Below the pieces are notes generated by a model that was not told the origin of the DNA, made no database searches, and saw nothing but the letters and a program-made list of their open reading frames with translations. Both the position numbers and the translations under genes were made by a program. This document shows, one piece after another, positions 20,567-30,862 of a stretch of DNA of 51,226 nucleotides (the first letter of the stretch is position 1; the number at the start of each line of letters is the position of its first letter). Source of the stretch: an uncultured bacterium (lineage in GTDB: Bacteria; Fidelibacterota; Marinisomatia; Marinisomatales; CAZVFT01); assembly GCA_964626495.1 (NCBI GenBank), contig CAZVFT010000003.1, forward strand, positions 1,995 to 53,220. The letters run 5' to 3'.

Positions 20567-22246
20567 ATGAATAAAGTTATCTGGTTATTTCTTCTCTCAT
20601 TTATCGTTCCAATTTTTAGCCAATGGAGCACCTCGCCTGATTCAAATTTAGTGGTATCCACCTGGGGAATGAGCCCTCTTACCTGCACTGATGGAAACGG
20701 TGGTGTCTACATTTTATGGTACGAGAATGATTTTTATACCTATCAGTATCTTCAGTGGGTAGATAGATATGGCTATGTGCGATGGGAGTCCCCGTTGGCT
20801 ATCAAGGGGGAGTTGAACGGCACCGCTTTTTATCGCAGGGATTTAAGTAAGGACGGCTTTGGAGGAGCATTGGTGGCTTTCACGGAGTGGGAAGTGGATA
20901 ACGATACGACCCAGAATCATTGGCGGCTAAGAGTGCGAGTGTCTCGGGTAGACAGTGTGGGGAACTTTGTGTGGGACTCTTTGGGTGTGCCGGTCAGTTT
21001 GATAGACACGATGCAATCGCTACCTCAGGTTGTAACAGATGGTGAGGGTGGTGCTTTTGTGAGTTTTGGCGTGATTTACAACTTACTGCAGTGGAACGAA
21101 AGGAGAGAGCTCCGACTTCAGCACATTTCTGCGCAAGGTGAGCGCGTGTGGTGTGATGAGGGTATTTTGGTAACCGATAGAATTCACGTTAACATTACTC
21201 ATATTTTGATACCTGATGGACAAGGGGGGATAATTATTGAATGGTATGGTGATGATACGGGATTTAAGCGATTTGATCACGACGGAAACTTGCTATGGCA
21301 CACACCCTCACCTGACCCAATATATCTGTATTACAAGCGTATGAAACCTGACCAGATGGGGGGAGCAATCCTGAGTGGAACAAAATATTTAGGAGCATTC
21401 CGTAATATTATTGCAAACCGTATATCGGAGGATGGCATATTTCTGTGGGGAGATGAAGGAATCGTTGTCGATGATTCACTTGGTGATTTTTCAAATGTAC
21501 AAGGAATGGTTTTTCGACCAGATTGTTCAACGGTCATATATTACCAGGATCATACTTGGGGCTCGAACGAATATGAAGCTCTGCTCCAAATGATATCGGA
21601 CACCGGAAGCATAATATTAGATGAACCAGTATCTCCCAGCCTAATTCTTGAAGATAGTATATCAGCAGCTAAAATGATCTTAAGTGATAGTAATAGTGTG
21701 ATTTGTTTTTTCTATAATCGTAGAGAAGACAGGGATATGCCTGTTTATGCGCAAAAGTTGGACGATAGCTTGCATATAGAATGGGATACAACAGATGTTC
21801 TCTTTGGCTACAAAACGGGTCCTACAAAATCAGACAAGAATGGCGGTGCAATTATGGTTTGGGATGAAGCCCCATTGTATGGTATTTTTGCTCAACAAAT
21901 CAGTCGTAATGGTAACTTAGGGGAGGTTCTTCTTTCCGTAGATCCAATTTACGATTTGGCCTACCCCGATGAATTTGTTCTCTTTCAGAATTACCCAAAC
22001 CCTTTTAACATCACAACGGTGATAAGCTATCAAGTCCCAGAATCTGGCGCTGTTGAACTGACAGTCTATAACCTTCTTGGAGAACGGATCAATACCCTGG
22101 TGAGAAAGGTACTAGAACCCGGAAAGTATCATACCGCATGGCATGGTGACGAACAGTCAGGAAATTATGTTAGTTGTGGAATATATTTTTACCAATTGAA
22201 GACAAAGGATTTTCATGAGGTAAAAAAACTTATTTTGTTAAAGTGA
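20567..22246 (+). CDS. Secreted repeat (beta-propeller-like) protein with FlgD/T9SS-type C-terminal domain
   Basis: Signal-like MNKVIWLFLL, repeated DGxGG-hydrophobic-W motifs, C-terminal QNYPNPFN..G.Y.YQL..KKLILLK. Confidence 0.82.
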   Translation: MNKVIWLFLLSFIVPIFSQWSTSPDSNLVVSTWGMSPLTCTDGNGGVYILWYENDFYTYQYLQWVDRYGYVRWESPLAIKGELNGTAFYRRDLSKDGFGGALVAFTEWEVDNDTTQNHWRLRVRVSRVDSVGNFVWDSLGVPVSLIDTMQSLPQVVTDGEGGAFVSFGVIYNLLQWNERRELRLQHISAQGERVWCDEGILVTDRIHVNITHILIPDGQGGIIIEWYGDDTGFKRFDHDGNLLWHTPSPDPIYLYYKRMKPDQMGGAILSGTKYLGAFRNIIANRISEDGIFLWGDEGIVVDDSLGDFSNVQGMVFRPDCSTVIYYQDHTWGSNEYEALLQMISDTGSIILDEPVSPSLILEDSISAAKMILSDSNSVICFFYNRREDRDMPVYAQKLDDSLHIEWDTTDVLFGYKTGPTKSDKNGGAIMVWDEAPLYGIFAQQISRNGNLGEVLLSVDPIYDLAYPDEFVLFQNYPNPFNITTVISYQVPESGAVELTVYNLLGERINTLVRKVLEPGKYHTAWHGDEQSGNYVSCGIYFYQLKTKDFHEVKKLILLK

Positions 22247-22260
22247 AGGAGGTAAGAAAG

Positions 22261-24528
22261 ATGAATAATAAGACAATAACTTGCTTATTACTAGTAATGC
22301 TAAGCTCATCTTTTCTTTATGCTGAGTATATCGACACTGGCTACAAAACATTCACCCAGCCCAACGGTGTCTCGTTCACTGGTCGGTATTGGGGAGATGA
22401 ATTTTCTGACTGGACCGAAACCCAGGACGGCTACCGCATTGTGAGAAACTGGTCCGGCGGCTGGTACTATTACGCCATTCTCGATGCCAGCGGTGAATTT
22501 GCCGCTTCAGACAGGAAGGTCGCTATAGATCCGCCTTTAGCTTCATCATACAAATTAGAACGTTCTGAATCAAGAAAGGAGGAAATTCAGGCCACTATTG
22601 ATGCATTCAACACAGAGTTAGATTCTGCTTACCAGCGATACCTGAATACTAGAGGAACAATTGATACGACCTATCGGTTGGGTGTTATCCTTGTGGACTT
22701 TACACCAAGTGAACTGTGGCAGAATGATAATAATCCTAATGGGTATAATAAGGCTTATTTTGACAGTCTGATTTTCTCTAGGAATTACTGGTATTACCCT
22801 GAAGGGACTAACCAAATCCACCCTGACAGTCACGCGCTTTTTGGCAGTTTTTCCGACTATTATTGGGATCAGTCGTTGGGTACTGTTCAGTTTGAGGGTA
22901 AAGACGGAATACTCCAGATCGTAAACCCCATAGATCCAGACGACCCATTTGAGGTGCTTCCAAAGTGGGTTGTGTTACCCGAGCCGAAATGTTACTATGC
23001 AGGGGACCATTCATGTTATGCAGGCTACACCAGCTTGTCTGGTTACTTTAATGCAGCCACAGATTCTGCCATATCACAGTTAGGAATCGACATATCCCAA
23101 TTCAATTTTCTCGCATTCATCAGTGCTGGACCAAGATACCATCCTAATCTAAGGGGTATTGCTCAACCTAGCCAAGGAAGATACAATTTTGTTGAGGTTT
23201 CACACTACCTCGAACCCTTTTTCTTCTCTCACATTGGACCACATGCACACGAGTTTGCACATTTGATCGGCATATATCATCATTACGGGGCATCGATGTA
23301 CTGGAATTTGATGGGATACTCTGCTAACGGACCTTCCTATGAAGGTGCATGTCCTTCGGGATTTTGTCCCTACGACAGAGCAATAAAACTTGGGTGGGTA
23401 ACTATGGACACCATCCAGAGTGACGTTACCATCACAATCACATATGACTATCAGAACCCAATGTATTATTGGATAGCGTCCCCCACAAGCAGTTACGATT
23501 ACATCATCGAAAACCGGCTGAGAGCAGGATTTGATCTTTGGACTCCGAATCCACCTTCCTATGAAACAACTGACCCGCCAAGCATAGACCCCAATGGGAA
23601 TCTGGGTGGCTTATTGATCTGGCGTGATGGAAGAGACCTTGTTGTGGCCGATAACGAACCCTTTTCTGATACTAACCCACCACCAAACACCGATGAAAAA
23701 TATAAAAATCTGGCTCGAGATCCTTTTCCATTTGACCAGCAAGACGGTTCCGGGAGCGGCTTGAACTTGAACGACATTACTACACCTAGCACCAACAATA
23801 TCTACGGAAGCTACTCTTATCTCGCTTTTAACAACATCACATGGAATCCTACTGATTCGTCTTCTATGCTATATATACTTTTCAATTATGATCCACCACC
23901 TGAAACACCTACCGGTTTCTATATTACAGGTTCAATCCATGAAAATCCAACTCTACATTGGAACGCTAACTCAGAACCAGACATGGCAGGTTACATGATT
24001 TATAGAAAAAGTGAGTATGAGCAGGAGTTTTCCCTGATTGCAACTATAAACAATCCTCAGACTACTTCATATACTGATACTGAAGTTTATATTGCTCCAA
24101 AGGGCCAAGGACCAATAGTACTATATCATATGACAGCCTTTGATCTTACTGGGTTAGAGTCAGATCCCACAATAAATAGGTGGGTTTGGGAACTTCCATA
24201 TAGGCAAGTCGTCCTAGCGGATCAGATACCCGAAACATTTGCTCTTCATGAAAACTACCCAAACCCCTTCAATCCAGTTACCACCATTAAATATGATTTA
24301 CCAGAAGAATCATTTGTGGAATTGATAATATTTGATTTGATAGGTAGAGAAGTGAAAACAGTGATAAATGGGATTGAATCAGCTGGATTCAAATGTATCG
24401 TGTGGGACGGGAAGGATAATGATGGAAACAAAGTTCCATCTGGGATGTACGTTTATCGTTTCAGAGCAAAGTCACTTGAAAGTGATAAGCAATTTTACAA
24501 GACAATGAAGATGGTGCTTCTTCGTTAA
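22261..24528 (+). CDS. Secreted M6 (immune inhibitor A)-like zinc metalloprotease with Fn3 and FlgD/T9SS-type C-terminal domain
   Basis: Signal peptide, QPNG..WGDE propeptide, HEFAHLIGIYH zinc motif, IENR, NYPNPFNP. AAGGAGG RBS before ATG 22261. Confidence 0.82.
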   Translation: MNNKTITCLLLVMLSSSFLYAEYIDTGYKTFTQPNGVSFTGRYWGDEFSDWTETQDGYRIVRNWSGGWYYYAILDASGEFAASDRKVAIDPPLASSYKLERSESRKEEIQATIDAFNTELDSAYQRYLNTRGTIDTTYRLGVILVDFTPSELWQNDNNPNGYNKAYFDSLIFSRNYWYYPEGTNQIHPDSHALFGSFSDYYWDQSLGTVQFEGKDGILQIVNPIDPDDPFEVLPKWVVLPEPKCYYAGDHSCYAGYTSLSGYFNAATDSAISQLGIDISQFNFLAFISAGPRYHPNLRGIAQPSQGRYNFVEVSHYLEPFFFSHIGPHAHEFAHLIGIYHHYGASMYWNLMGYSANGPSYEGACPSGFCPYDRAIKLGWVTMDTIQSDVTITITYDYQNPMYYWIASPTSSYDYIIENRLRAGFDLWTPNPPSYETTDPPSIDPNGNLGGLLIWRDGRDLVVADNEPFSDTNPPPNTDEKYKNLARDPFPFDQQDGSGSGLNLNDITTPSTNNIYGSYSYLAFNNITWNPTDSSSMLYILFNYDPPPETPTGFYITGSIHENPTLHWNANSEPDMAGYMIYRKSEYEQEFSLIATINNPQTTSYTDTEVYIAPKGQGPIVLYHMTAFDLTGLESDPTINRWVWELPYRQVVLADQIPETFALHENYPNPFNPVTTIKYDLPEESFVELIIFDLIGREVKTVINGIESAGFKCIVWDGKDNDGNKVPSGMYVYRFRAKSLESDKQFYKTMKMVLLR

Positions 24529-24646
24529 GATACCACAATAGATAATTTTAAAAAATGTTCTAAATCAACTGAACCACTGTCATCCAAGATTTTTCAACAT
24601 ATCTTCTGAAAGGGGGTTTTCTTTCGCAAATTAATTTAGAATAATT

Positions 24647-25570
24647 TCAAGAAGATGACTTTGTATTAAAATTAATGCTTTCAAAAAGCGGCACCATATT
24701 AGTCTCATCAATAGTCCTCACCGCCCGTCTTAACTCATCTTCATTACAGGCGTGAATGTGTATCTCAATACCCTCCTGTTCAAAGGTACGGTCCCATGAA
24801 ATGTGAACTCCTTTTGGAAGCTGCAATTTTTTCACTTCCGATTCCACTAAATTGTTGATCTTTGTCAGCATAGGATATTGTAACTGAGTGAGCTTTAAAC
24901 GGATGTCGGCAATTTTTTTAGGGTTAATATCGCTAGTTAACCTAAGTTTTTCCAATACTTCGTTAATAGTCTTTTCATCCCGCTGACTGACCTCCCATAT
25001 GTTGGTAACCATCTCAAGAAGGATACCCAAGCTTACCTTTCCTTTTGTAATGATTCTTTCTACCCAGTTAAAATCTTCCCCACATCGCTGAAACAACTTT
25101 ACCAGTTTCAGACTCATAGATTTCTCAACAACGTATAGTTTTAGCGTTTCAGGCAGTTTTTGTAAATAAAGGAGATCCTCAACAATATCACGTTTGGGTG
25201 GTACATTTAAAATTGGACAGATTTCCTTTACTAGATTCGCCTTTGAAACATCAAGCTTCTTATCCAGTTTTAATAAATTGGATTTCTCAATCAGGTTCAG
25301 TGGTCGCTGGGTATTGTAATACTCACATACTTTCTTGAGTAATGAGAGGGGATTAGCTTCTTCCACTAAAAAAACCGCAACGCGATCGCCATTAAAATTA
25401 TTCAATAGTTCTCCATTCCCAACAATGCGTACCTGTTTCCCATCTCGTATTCCCAGGAAAGGCCAACGAAAAATTTTATGACCGGTGTTAGCAGGAAATC
25501 GAATCCCGGTAAACCTGTCATCCACATTCAGCAACTTTTTGGAACATACCTCTATATTAATTCCCGACAT
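24647..25570 (-). CDS. Hypothetical protein, ParB/Spo0J-like helical domain
   Basis: RPLNLIEKS resembles the ParB 'LNPIE' box. Overlaps the upstream GT2 gene. Family assignment is tentative. Confidence 0.55.
   Translation of the reverse strand: MSGINIEVCSKKLLNVDDRFTGIRFPANTGHKIFRWPFLGIRDGKQVRIVGNGELLNNFNGDRVAVFLVEEANPLSLLKKVCEYYNTQRPLNLIEKSNLLKLDKKLDVSKANLVKEICPILNVPPKRDIVEDLLYLQKLPETLKLYVVEKSMSLKLVKLFQRCGEDFNWVERIITKGKVSLGILLEMVTNIWEVSQRDEKTINEVLEKLRLTSDINPKKIADIRLKLTQLQYPMLTKINNLVESEVKKLQLPKGVHISWDRTFEQEGIEIHIHACNEDELRRAVRTIDETNMVPLFESINFNTKSSS
24792..24922. repeat. 131-bp direct repeat, copy 2 (inside the ParB-like CDS)
   Basis: Identical to 20142-20272. Confidence 0.95.
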
Positions 25571-26420
25571 TTATATTCTCTCCCTTTGAATATGATTTCA
25601 ATATTTCCTCATATATTTCTAGTTTTTTCTGATAAATTTGCTTTACATCCTCATTCCCTCGTTTCACTGCTCCCTCTGACACAATGCGGCACTTTTTCAC
25701 CAACTCTACTAATAAAGCTTTCCTCCATTCTGATGGCAATGATCCACCAATGTGCTTTTCCATCGCCTGAATACGAAATCGGTCCATGCCCCAATATTTT
25801 TGAGACAATTGATCGTCATGTCCACCATACTTGATAACGAAATTCTCAGGAAGCAAGCCAATTTCATACCTGCGCGCAATCCTCAACCAGAGATCATAAT
25901 CCTCACAGACAGGAAGTGTCTCGTCGAAAAGTCCAACCTCATCAAACACCGAGCGATGAATCATCACAGCAGATGGACTGACGATACAAAGAGGCAGGCA
26001 TTTTTTAAAAATCCACCCCCTATATTTCTGGTGTTTCTTCATTGGGTTCACCCGTTTTTCATTTCGAATCCAGATCTCGTTCGTCTGACTGATTTTTATC
26101 TGTGGATTTTCTTTATGATACTTCACCTGCATTTCTAATTTTTCGGGTAGCCACTCATCATCGGAATCAAGAAATGTCAGCCAATCACCCAAAGAATTGA
26201 GGATGCCTGAATTACGTGCTGCTGAAACACCTTTGTTTGATTGATTCAAAATAGCAATTGAATCCCCAAACTGTGCAAACGCATCCATGGTGCCATCCAC
26301 TGAGCCATCATCAATAACCACGATTTCATCGGGGTAATAGGTCTGGTGTAACACCGACCTGATTGCTCTGACGGTCAAGTTCTTGCGATTATACGTAGGA
26401 ATAATAACCGATATTCTCAA
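25557..26420 (-). CDS. Glycosyltransferase family 2
   Basis: SVIIPTYNR, DDGSVD, GVSAARN, FLDSDD, EDYDLWLR. Confidence 0.93.
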   Translation of the reverse strand: MRISVIIPTYNRKNLTVRAIRSVLHQTYYPDEIVVIDDGSVDGTMDAFAQFGDSIAILNQSNKGVSAARNSGILNSLGDWLTFLDSDDEWLPEKLEMQVKYHKENPQIKISQTNEIWIRNEKRVNPMKKHQKYRGWIFKKCLPLCIVSPSAVMIHRSVFDEVGLFDETLPVCEDYDLWLRIARRYEIGLLPENFVIKYGGHDDQLSQKYWGMDRFRIQAMEKHIGGSLPSEWRKALLVELVKKCRIVSEGAVKRGNEDVKQIYQKKLEIYEEILKSYSKGENINVGN

Positions 26421-27007
26421 TGAAACTCTAACCCCCCTACAATTTTTGCCAATATTTGGGATGCGCTCCGCAGCTGATCATTAAAATCGTTAACCGCATT
26501 AGAGTCGGATAAGTCTGTCACAACCCTCAGAACTACTGCCGGAATATTCCTATCCCTTGACCAGACATTTATAAAATGTGATTCCATATCCACAGCAACA
26601 GCTTCTGTTTCCCTGCGGATTTTTACCCGGTCTACTTCGTTCATTAAGGGAGTCCTAACCGTAACCAGCTTACCCCTGTAAAAATAAACACCCTGATTTT
26701 TCAGCTGGTTTTCAATATCCACTCGAAATTCACTATCAACAGAACATTCCTCTCCTGTTTCAAAATTTACTGTCCTGTCGGGAATAACGATTGATTCAAG
26801 GGGAATTTCACTGACAAGAGCTCCGGATGTGCCTATGTTAAGGATGTAATCATACTGATTCTTTTGAAAATGGTGGTTAAGTGTAGACACCGTTTTCTTT
26901 TCACCCACTCCTGTCTTTAATAAACAGACACTGCTTTTATCCTTAAAAAATGGGGCGCAATATTTTAATTCTTCAGCTAATGCTGCAATGATGAGCGTTT
27001 TGTGCAT
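26417..27007 (-). CDS. Nucleoside phosphorylase / MTA-SAH nucleosidase family protein
   Basis: AALAEE, TGVG, NIGTSGAL, AVDMES, LRVVTD. Confidence 0.85.
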   Translation of the reverse strand: MHKTLIIAALAEELKYCAPFFKDKSSVCLLKTGVGEKKTVSTLNHHFQKNQYDYILNIGTSGALVSEIPLESIVIPDRTVNFETGEECSVDSEFRVDIENQLKNQGVYFYRGKLVTVRTPLMNEVDRVKIRRETEAVAVDMESHFINVWSRDRNIPAVVLRVVTDLSDSNAVNDFNDQLRSASQILAKIVGGLEFH

Positions 27008-27173
27008 ATAATTTCTTCTTTAATAATCTGTCCTTACTGTAATGAGTTTTCAGTACAAAATCAACCTAAATACGGTTTGGAAACTGCTCAATCAATTTTC
27101 TAAATTTAATGTATATTTCTTCGAATGGATTAGTTCATTTAACAAAACTTTTAGATTCTAGAAAGGATACGCT

Positions 27174-29870
27174 ATGAAATACGTTTATTTTTTTGGAAAT
27201 GGTCACGCAGAGGGAAACAGCAAAATGAAAGACCTTCTTGGAGGTAAGGGAGCAAACATCGCCGAGATGACAAATAGAGGCATTCCTGTTCCTCCCGGTT
27301 TTACCATCACAACAGATGTTTGCACCTACTTCTACGATCAAAACAAAAGCTATCCACCAGAACTTGAAGACCAGGTGATAAAGGCTTTAAAAAAGACAGA
27401 AGAGATTATAGGCCGGAAGTTTGGTGATCCAGAAAATCCCCTCCTTGTCTCCGCCCGCTCCGGTGCCAGAGCCTCCATGCCCGGAATGATGGAGACAGTT
27501 TTAAATATCGGACTTACCTCCAAAACCATCCCGGGGCTTATCAAAAAGAGCAACAATCCTCGATTTGTCTATGATGCGTATCGCCGACTAATTATGATGT
27601 ATTCTGATGTAGTCATGGAAAAAGCTACAGGCATTGAAGTGGAAGAAGGTGTTGGCATCAGAGAACAGCTGGAAAAATTGATTGAAGATCGAAAAAAGGC
27701 AAAAGGAGTAGAACAAGATACCGAACTCGACGGTGAGGATTGGAAAGAGTTGTCTAATGCATTTAAGCAAAAAATTAAGGAAGTATTAGGTGCTGAATTC
27801 CCAGATGATCCTTACGATCAACTCTGGGGCGCAATTGGAGCTGTTTTTCAATCGTGGAACGGAAAACGAGCTATATCGTACCGTCGCATCGAAGGTGTTC
27901 CTGATGATTGGGGAACAGCCGTGAATATTCAAACTATGGTCTTTGGCAACATGGGAGAGGATTGTGCCACCGGTGTCGGTTTTACCCGCAATCCTGCCAC
28001 CGGTGAAAATCTGTTTTATGGCGAATGGCTCTCAAACGCTCAAGGGGAAGATGTGGTGGCAGGAATACGAACACCTAACCCCATCAATATTGCAGGCAAG
28101 ACAGATAAAAATGTACGCCTTCCATCATTAGAAGAGTCCATGCCCGATATATACAAGCAGCTTGATAAAATTCAGAAGAAACTTGACACTCATTATCGCG
28201 ATATGCAGGATATTGAATTCACCATCGAATCCGGTCGCCTCTGGATGCTCCAGACCCGAACGGGAAAGCGGAACGGAACGGCTGCTGTGAAAATGGCGGT
28301 TGATATGTACAAAGAAAACCTGATATCCAGAGACGAAGCCCTGATGCGTGTTCGACCCTCACAGCTGGATGAACTTCTTCACCCAATGTTGAATCCCACT
28401 GCTGAAATGACAGCCACCCCTCTGGCAGATGGTCTACCGGCAGGACCTGGTGGTGCTTCAGGTCAAATCGTCTTTACAGCAGATGATGCTGAAGAGTGGG
28501 CAAATGAGGGAAAGCAGGTCATTCTTGTCAGGAATGAAACGTCACCTGAGGATGTCCATGGAATGCACGCTGCTGAAGCCATCTTGACAGCCAGAGGTGG
28601 AATGACCAGTCATGCCGCTTTGGTAGCTCGAGGATGGGGAAAATGCTGCATCGTCGGGTGCGGAGTTCTCAACATTAACCGTCAGGCGAGAACTATTGAA
28701 GTAAATGGACACACATTGAAAGAAGGTGACTGGATCACCCTGAATGGTACGAAAGGGGTGGTTTATCCTGGTGAACTACCTTTGCAACCCGCAGATCCTG
28801 TCCACAATGAATCGTTCCGTGAAATTATGAAAATGGCAGATAAAGTTCGCCGTCTTGGCATCCGAACCAATGCTGATCGCCCTGAAGACGCCCGGCAAGC
28901 CAGAGAGTTTGGAGCAGAAGGAATAGGACTCTGTCGCACTGAACATATGTTTTTCGAGCCGGAGCGAATCAGTGCAATGCGAGAGATGATTGTCGCAGAG
29001 ACTGAAGAGTCGCGACGGAAGGCAATTATGAAACTCTTACCCTACCAGCGCAATGACTTTTATGGTCTTCTCAAAGCAATGCAGGACCTTCCTGTTACTA
29101 TCCGACTTTTAGATCCACCACTCCACGAATTTGTATCTCTCACCGATGAACAAACGACAGGACTTGCAGCTGATCTTGGAATCCCCAAAGACAAACTTCA
29201 AGCCCGCATCAGCTCCCTCCACGAATCAAATCCTATGTTAGGACACCGTGGATGCAGGCTCGGTATCGCCTATCCTGAAATTACAGAGATGCAGGCACGG
29301 GCTATCTTTGAAGCCACGGCAAAACTGACAAAAGAAGATATCAACGCCCACCCGGAAGTGATGATTCCATTGGTGGGTAGCTATAAAGAATATGAACATC
29401 AAGAAGCAATTGTCAGAAAAGTGGCAAGCGAAGTGATGGAAGAAAAAAGCGTACAATTTGACTATCTTGTAGGTACTATGATTGAGGTTCCAAGAGCGTG
29501 CCTCACCGCTGATGAAATTGCAGAAAAAGCAGAGTTTTTCTCCTTTGGAACGAATGATCTTACCCAAACCACGTACGGATTCTCTCGGGATGACATTGGC
29601 GGATTTTTACCCACATATCTGAGTGGAGAAATTCTTCCGCATGATCCGTTTCAATCTCTCGATCAGACAGGTGTAGGGAAGCTTGTGAAAATGGGCGTTG
29701 ATCTGGGTCGTGCTACACGAAAGGATTTAAAAATTGGGATTTGCGGTGAGCATGGCGGTGATCCCGATTCCATTGATTTTTGCCACCGCACAGGACTGAA
29801 TTACGTGAGCTGTTCACCTTTCCGAGTTCCCATCGCCCGGCTGGCAGCGGCACAGGCTCGCCTTCGTTAG
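27174..29870 (+). CDS. ppdK: Pyruvate, phosphate dikinase
   Basis: LGGKGAN, RSGARASMPGMM, GGMTSHAA, GLCRTEHM, FGTNDLTQ, GICGEHGG. Confidence 0.98.
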   Translation: MKYVYFFGNGHAEGNSKMKDLLGGKGANIAEMTNRGIPVPPGFTITTDVCTYFYDQNKSYPPELEDQVIKALKKTEEIIGRKFGDPENPLLVSARSGARASMPGMMETVLNIGLTSKTIPGLIKKSNNPRFVYDAYRRLIMMYSDVVMEKATGIEVEEGVGIREQLEKLIEDRKKAKGVEQDTELDGEDWKELSNAFKQKIKEVLGAEFPDDPYDQLWGAIGAVFQSWNGKRAISYRRIEGVPDDWGTAVNIQTMVFGNMGEDCATGVGFTRNPATGENLFYGEWLSNAQGEDVVAGIRTPNPINIAGKTDKNVRLPSLEESMPDIYKQLDKIQKKLDTHYRDMQDIEFTIESGRLWMLQTRTGKRNGTAAVKMAVDMYKENLISRDEALMRVRPSQLDELLHPMLNPTAEMTATPLADGLPAGPGGASGQIVFTADDAEEWANEGKQVILVRNETSPEDVHGMHAAEAILTARGGMTSHAALVARGWGKCCIVGCGVLNINRQARTIEVNGHTLKEGDWITLNGTKGVVYPGELPLQPADPVHNESFREIMKMADKVRRLGIRTNADRPEDARQAREFGAEGIGLCRTEHMFFEPERISAMREMIVAETEESRRKAIMKLLPYQRNDFYGLLKAMQDLPVTIRLLDPPLHEFVSLTDEQTTGLAADLGIPKDKLQARISSLHESNPMLGHRGCRLGIAYPEITEMQARAIFEATAKLTKEDINAHPEVMIPLVGSYKEYEHQEAIVRKVASEVMEEKSVQFDYLVGTMIEVPRACLTADEIAEKAEFFSFGTNDLTQTTYGFSRDDIGGFLPTYLSGEILPHDPFQSLDQTGVGKLVKMGVDLGRATRKDLKIGICGEHGGDPDSIDFCHRTGLNYVSCSPFRVPIARLAAAQARLR

Positions 29871-30079
29871 TACTAATGTGGGCAGGCGGTGATCAGTAAT
29901 AAGTAGTAGCAGAAGCAGAAGATACAAAAATAGGAGTGTGCCGAAGTATTCCAACATTGTGGCATTACAATGCTAATGAATAGAACCAAGCCAACACCAA
30001 CACAGGAATCCGGTAACATTTAAGAATTACCCTATTTAACAATTAGACAACATTCCTATTTAGTTTAATCAATGATCAT

Positions 30080-30095
30080 TGAATAAATTTATTCA
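30080..30095. promoter_or_regulatory. Perfect 16-bp palindrome, candidate operator
   Basis: TGAATAAATTTATTCA lies 45 bp upstream of the DprA-like gene. Confidence 0.4.
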
Positions 30096-30140
30096 GTCAT
30101 ATACTGCACAGTGCTACATTAACACTAATAAGAGCATAAA

Positions 30141-30680
30141 ATGTATTCCATCGGAAATGAAGTATTGTTGAAAGCAAATCCCGTTGCTATTTACTGCTCC
30201 CGGGAGATCCCCCTTTCTATCTACCAGCCAGCACTGGAACTCGTCCAAACACTGATGACCATTCCCTTGACCCTAGCAGGCGGGTGGCAATCCGCACTAG
30301 AAAAGGCCTCTTTAAAAACACGTACACCAGGATCGCCTTCTAATATCATCTTCTTCATAGCTAAAGGAGTACAGGGATTCAAGATTCCGCTCTATCTGAG
30401 AGAAGACCTCGATGCCCGGAAAGTCCTGCTCGTCTCTCCCTTCATGGAGGGAAAGAGGATCGACAAAAGAAAAGTAGCAAAACGAGATGACTTAATTCTC
30501 TCTCTCATCAATCGCTTTCTTTTCCTCAACATAGACGAAGGTGGTAATCTGGATAAGCTTTTCAATCAGTGTCTTAACCTTAAGAAGGAAGTCTTTCTTC
30601 TCAATCATTTTTCGAACCATGGATGGGCAATTGGTAACGTAGAATTAATTTCATCAGATAAACTGGGAAGTCTTTTATGA
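30141..30680 (+). CDS. Short DprA/Smf (SLOG)-like protein
   Basis: IGN..LL..PVAIYCSR, GGWQS.LEK, LLVSPF, KRDDLI pattern of stand-alone DprA-like proteins. Confidence 0.6.
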   Translation: MYSIGNEVLLKANPVAIYCSREIPLSIYQPALELVQTLMTIPLTLAGGWQSALEKASLKTRTPGSPSNIIFFIAKGVQGFKIPLYLREDLDARKVLLVSPFMEGKRIDKRKVAKRDDLILSLINRFLFLNIDEGGNLDKLFNQCLNLKKEVFLLNHFSNHGWAIGNVELISSDKLGSLL

Positions 30681-30862
30681 ATCTGATACCTCTACTACAA
30701 TCTCTTAAAACTGCTGATAACCTGAAGCGGCTAGCGGTAGAACATCTTAATTTCTCTCCCGAGCCCACACTTTTGTTATTCCGATGACACTACTTTTAAT
30801 AACAATATAATTAGTTTGACTAAAATTGTCAGAGCACCATAAATGAGAAGGCATTAAAAAAA

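Noticed and set aside
29873-30019. 48-codon Cys-rich minus-strand ORF after ppdK
   Set aside because: No recognisable family or clear RBS; likely chance.
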